A DNA stretch of 54,124 nucleotides, filler included, from Catajapyx aquilonaris (lineage: Eukaryota), in the NCBI GenBank assembly GCA_000934665.2. It is 2 parts of 2 records of this genome, joined end to end, with 100 filler letters (N's around TTAATTAATTAA, not from the genome) between each part and the next. Parts side by side here need not be neighbours in the genome. Positions count along the whole stretch, not along the records: positions 27,159 to 54,124 come from JYFJ02005128.1; 1 more part is not named here. One strand, given 5' to 3'. This document shows positions 48,892 through 54,124 of this stretch, in pieces. Under the pieces are notes generated by a model that worked only from the letters and a program-made list of their open reading frames with translations, was not told where the DNA came from and ran no database searches. A program made the position numbers and the translations under genes. Position 1 is the stretch's first letter; each line of letters starts with the position of its first letter.

Positions 48892-50969
48892 AAGTGAAGT
48901 GAAAAGACAGGCACTTATAAAGACTTGCAGATGCTGTGTTAACTTTAATGTGAATACCAGATCTTAGTGGTTATCATGAAACAGTATGGTGCATCCAGAA
49001 ATGGCCATTGTGTGGCCGGAGCGTTTGCAATATGGCAGTGGCCGCCAAAGTATGTGTGAACAACTGCCATTTCTTTTTCATTTGTTGCAATCATGTTTCC
49101 ACACTCTCCCAGACACACACCTAGGTATATGCTAAACATTGTTGTATGTCACAGGGATTTAGACCCTGAATAATTCATGTTCTCTAAATGATGACGTTGA
49201 CAGATATTGATGATAAACTATTATAAAAATCTGATATCCTGCGGTAGACATGTGTCTCTTAGAGTCAGTTGCATTATCCATGGTAAATTGAGAATGAGTG
49301 GTCAATCTGTGTTATTCGCATAGGATTAATCACTTGTTCTAAATTCACTATGCACCATGCAATCATTCGTTGGAGGATCATCTTGCATTTGACCCGGTTC
49401 ATCATAACCTCAACGACTGATGATTTAGAGAGTGGGAGGAAATGGGAGAACCCTGATAAAATTTATTGAAAAATAGAGTGAACCCTTCCACACTACCAAT
49501 CCGATGATCAAAAGCAGGTTCTCACAGGTGGTATAGTATGGTCTGAGACACAAGCTACTGTCTCACCCATTGAAAAAGGGTGATGGTGCCACTGAAATCA
49601 GATCAATGTTACAAATATATGGCGAGTACAGCTAGTTAACACGCCGGCTCCCACCAGGGTATTTTGCATGCACTGGAAATTGTATTTTTTATGAAAGCAG
49701 GGATAACCTTAGTGAGTTTATTTTTTAGCCTCAACGTAGAGGGCCAGTATTGCCTATGTTTCATGACTCCCCACCAAAGTGACCTTCACCCTGACATTTA
49801 AAGTGGCATTTTTGACACTTGATGGCTTTACCAGTGATGGCCATGGAAGACGAAAAAGAAAAATGACCAAATCTTCATTTTGAGGGATTGGCAGTGAAAC
49901 AGCTGCCCACCTGAATTTTTTAAGGCTGTTTCACAAATTTGGCAAAAAATGAGTAGGCGGAATACCAACGAATGAGACACTAATGCCAAAATCACCCTGG
50001 CATGGCAGGAGGAAATCTGGTGGCAAGTCCTGCAAATGCAGTGGATGGCCTGCAGATTTTAGAAAGATGGCAGGCCTTAAACAGGAGGGTACTGATCTTT
50101 CTTACACGATGAAGTGGCCGGAGTCATGATGGAGGCATGGTGGGGCAGTTCAGAGAGTGTCTGAATGGGTGGGTGTTTCTGTATGGCTTTTTTTAATCTC
50201 CCTGGTACTGTCGCTCTTTGTGGCCCACCATGGAAGGGTCCGTCCATTAGCCCGATAATTTTAATTAAGTGCAGAGTGTCAGCAGAGTTGGGTGCTTATT
50301 GTGGGTTAGGTAACTGAAAAAATTACTGTACTTTTTGTTGGTGCCTCAGTCCAACGAATGTTAATGTAGCTTTGGAAGTGCAAGATGCACTCAGGCATCA
50401 CATGCAATCAGTCCACCCATTCAGATGCGATCTTTTAACTGCTCCTCGCCTCCACCCCAACTCCTGCCACCTCGTCGTGCAGTTATTATATATCCGCTTA
50501 CTCTTCCTTTGAACAGTATAGCTCCCTCCTGTGGCTGCTTTGTCCTTGTTGGGGGAGGAAGGTAGACATAAGCCAGATACAGCCCTTTGAATCTACTGCA
50601 GGACCAAGAGCAAGTAAATGAGCTTCTATGTGTCTCCTCGCAGTCATCTTGCCTCCTCCTACCGCCCGCTGCCCTCCTGCCCAAAGTCCAATTGGGATGG
50701 ACTTCCAGCGATTCCCACCGCTCAGTTTCCACGTGCAGTGCCACTGCCTTTAGATATATGGAAATACCGATGCAGGAGCAGCATTTAAAATTAAGCATAA
50801 TTGCCATAAACATTTAATAGTAACATTCATGGGAGCCATGATTGAACATCTGGCTAGTAATTGCGCTTGTAGCAATTGACATTATAATTATTGCCATATG
50901 CAGAGTTACCAAGGGAAGTACAAACAGGAGGGAATAGTATACTGAGTCAATGTACTGTAGAACTAGGGC

Positions 50970-51329
50970 TTTTCTTCTTTTTTTTTTAACCCCGAAATAC
51001 AACTGTAAGTCGTTATAGGAGGGTGGCCTACCACCATCGGTTTTCTAGTATTTCATACTTTTTTTTCTTCGTTCTCCGTGCAGGGAAGCAAGGAAATGGG
51101 GTAAGGATAGGGATTTTTGGGGAGGGGACACAGGTGCAAGTGCAATGTTGGAAAATGGGTCGTGTGCAGTCCCCCAGAAGGGCAGAAGGCTAGGTTGCCA
51201 AGACGCCTTCTTAGGTGCAGGTCTAGACCCACTGGCGCAGGCGGAAGGGAAATCCCGGACGGGGATCGAACCCGGGACCTTCCGCTCAGCAATCCGAGAC
51301 ATTACCATCTCGGCCACCGCGCCTTCCTC
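50970..51329 (-). mobile_element. full-length tRNA-derived SINE, family copy 4 (360 bp)
   Basis: A box TGGCCGAGATGG, B box GGTTCGATCCC, A-rich tail and exact 9-bp TSD AACTAGGGC (50961-50969 / 51330-51338). Confidence 0.92.
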
Positions 51330-51861
51330 AACTAGGGCCAGTAATTTTAATGCTTTTGGTGATTAGTCAAGACCTTGACCTCGGCTGGGGGGTTGGTAAT
51401 TTAAAATATCTCTGTACCTATACCTATGCACTGCAAAAAAGTGTTACTGAATATTGCAAGTGAAAGTGGGGGATCGGGATTACCACAAGTTCCTTTTTTT
51501 TTAGCCAAAATTCCCACTGTAAATTTTTAGTGCTCATTAATCGATCAAATATGGTGTCAAATTTTCCAGCATTCTGTTTGATCTTTTAGATGTTAGGCAG
51601 ACTTACAAGCACTAAGTGGATAGGGCAAGATAAGCCTGATATTTGTTCTTGCAATGTCACCATTGAGAAGGCACATACAACTTTCTAATGAGAGATTAAT
51701 CTTTCCCTACGTGGGAGCCAGTGTGTTAATTAATATTTTAAGAGGTTACTTGCAACCACGAAAAATTAACTTTTGTAATGTCAGTTGCCAATCACATTTC
51801 TCAAACAACTCTGCATAGACTCATGCATGTATGCTGATATATACACAAACACACACACAGG

Positions 51862-52115
51862 CGCGCATTCCTATCCTTGTGAGGTTTTTCTAAAATTTAA
51901 AGTTTAAAACTAACCTAACCTAACCTACAAGGAAACACGCGAAATTTTGGTGAAATATATTTTTACCGTCTTTATGAGGTATTTTTCGATTTTTCCCTAT
52001 CCTTGTGAGGCATGTGTTCACTATGAGGTACAGGAAAACTACCTTGTAATGACAAAATTTCTCACAAGGATAGGAAAAACGCATCAAAAATTCCTCACAA
52101 GGATAGCAATACGCG
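51862..52115. mobile_element. MITE with internal (TAACC)n, inserted in (CA)n-like sequence
   Basis: CGCGCATTCCTATCCTTGTGAGG / CCTCACAAGGATAGCAATACGCG, with the CTATCCTTGTGAG motif repeated internally. CACA tracts on both sides. A similarly built fragment (GTGGGGAC / GTCCCCA, TAACC) follows at ~52160-52385. Confidence 0.7.
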
Positions 52116-53244
52116 TCCACCCACACACACACACTACACCCAGACTTGCGCTCAATAAGGTGTGGGGACGTTGATAACAACTTTTCGAAGCGAGTGTAAA
52201 CTAACCTAACCTAACCTAACCTACATAACCTACCCTACCCTACCCTAACTAACCTAGGCTGAGAGAAAGGGACTTTTGTGAAACCCTGCAAATCGAAATT
52301 GTGGGGACATGTCCCCACTATAATGGTAATGTTCTCGTGTGTGGGGTTGTGGCGACATTAGTCCCCATAGTTACAGTAAAAACACATATTTCCGGTCCCA
52401 CATCTTATTGATGTCAGGTACACATTAAAATGCTTTAGACAAAAGTATTGCAAGTCTTTTTGCATGCAAATTTAATAAGCCCCTTTTTAATTTACATAAT
52501 TTAATTTACATGTTTGGTATGCTCACCTTGACCAGTACAAACCATTTGATGTGAGCTGATTTCCCATTTTAGTTCTCAAATCATGTTATTTGAGATTTTT
52601 TTAAATCTCTTGTTGAACTTGTTGGGGTGTGGGATATGTATAAATTTTCCTGTGCAGGGAAGAATGCATCAAAGCCAGTAAAGTTACCAAACCCTGCATT
52701 TCATTGTTTTTAGTCCTTTGGTGCACTATTCAAACAATGAAATACAGGCTCTTAAGGGCCCTAGAGAGTTAGCTGTGGTGGTATCCATGGGATAACTATC
52801 ACAGCAACATAACTAAAATGCTAGAAGTAAACTGCAAATTACACTGTTTCAAAGTTACTTCCACTGATAAGACCCAGGCCCTAAAACTTTACAGTTCAGT
52901 GATAACAATCTGTCTCAATCACAATGTACTGTTACTTGAACATAAAGTAAGAATACCACAAACACAAGTACAAAAAATTCAAAGCACAAAATATTTTAAT
53001 TGCAATTTATCATGTTGTGTCTGCTATGTAGTTTTTGAAATGTAAAAAAAAATTGTGTTATTTTTCAATCAGAATACCTATGACAAATAAAGGTGTGTGA
53101 CAACATCATTTGAATTTTTTATTACAATCTTAACCCTTTATGTACCACTATCCTGAAATTCAGGATAACGAAAAAATCGGTGTATCTCAAGCAAGTTCCT
53201 ATCTAGCCATACAGGGAAGGCCGTGCTCTTAGCTTGTCTGCTAA

Positions 53245-53659
53245 CCCCGGATGTAGGATCCGAAAACCTGGATGTAGAGCCCTGTATCAAATTGCATTCT
53301 GGCGGACGTCTCTGAACCGTCTTGAACCTACCTACATGGCTACACCGTCCAATCCCATCAGCCCCCGTTTGCAGATCCAACCATCAGCCACTCGAAATGC
53401 GATTTAACCAATCAATCACAACACATCTACTATTAATACTTATGACTCCCAATCCAAAAAAATTATCATATCTATACATAATAATCGATAATAACAAAAC
53501 CACTTTTACCTGCATTCGGGTGGCTGGTGTGGTGGATCTGCAAACGGGGGCTGATGCGATTGGACGGTGTAGGTAGGTTCAGGACGGTTCTAAGACGTCC
53601 GCCAGAATGCAATTTGATACAGGGCTTTACATCCTGGTTTTCGGACTCTACATCTGGGG
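53245..53659. mobile_element. foldback element, ~150-bp well-matched arms with AT-rich spacer
   Basis: 53245-~53400 is the reverse complement of ~53512-53659. Weaker complementarity extends to ~53165 / ~53765. TTAACCCTT at 53130 may be a piggyBac-type outer end. Confidence 0.75.
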
Positions 53660-54124
53660 ATAATGGACCAGGTAAGCACACGGGAAAAGAGAGCTAGTTG
53701 CTGGGGACTGATCTCGAGTGTCAAGGTCACAATGTTAATGCTTGAGATGTCATCGGAATCGTTACATCTGACAAATGTTTGGCATTTTTCAGTCAATACT
53801 TTGGTCATCATATGTTGATGCGAAAAAACATTAGGTTGTGTCGGGAACACAAGCCGCAGCTTTTGATGTGAATGCGTCTTTAAAATTGGATCAGTATTGG
53901 GGGAGTGAATTGATTGCTTATTATCAGTACCTATTGAAGTCTGGACAAATGCATGGTGACCCTAAAGTCTGGACACTCATGGTGACCCTCCTAAGTATTT
54001 CCCTGCATGCCCCCCTGCATTCTCCCGCCATGGGCCCCATGGCAGGGTCCTGACTATAAAGGCCATTTCACAAAAAAAATGTCGCGCGGCAAACGGCGCG
54101 ACTTGCGGCAAATTTTATTGTTGC

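Noticed and set aside
50421..50817. GC-richer segment with open frames and a minus-strand GTAAGC donor near 50500
   Set aside because: More than one frame is open, no recognisable domain, and no phase-consistent partner exon found.

Overview
Repeat-rich animal genomic DNA, probably arthropod judging by (TTAGG)-like tracts and the mariner/SINE content (inference). It is not a prokaryotic accessory region. Two ~27-kb pieces are joined by an artificial 100-bp linker (N44-TTAATTAATTAA-N44, 27059-27158), so nothing should be inferred across that point. The left piece has no recognisable coding exon. It holds minisatellites, ATCGAT-rich tracts, palindromic MITE-like elements, three copies of a tRNA-derived SINE, many CTCF-like and YY1/PHO-like motifs (including a phased four-motif array at 21.1-21.25 kb) and a few strong hairpins. 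The right piece holds a compact 5-exon phospholipid scramblase gene whose frame breaks at an A8 run, flanked by two related Academ-type transposons. It also has two probable exons of an unidentified basic nuclear protein with two DHxY motifs, a complete non-autonomous Helitron, hAT/Harbinger/Tigger-type MITEs, two decayed mariners (one with a nested Tc1-type foldback), a tRNA-Ala pseudogene and a full-length SINE copy. No clearly new biological system can be demonstrated. The best leads are the structure-conserved SINE 3' tail, the scramblase A8 frameshift, the phased CTCF-like array, a pre-miRNA-like hairpin and the DHxY protein.
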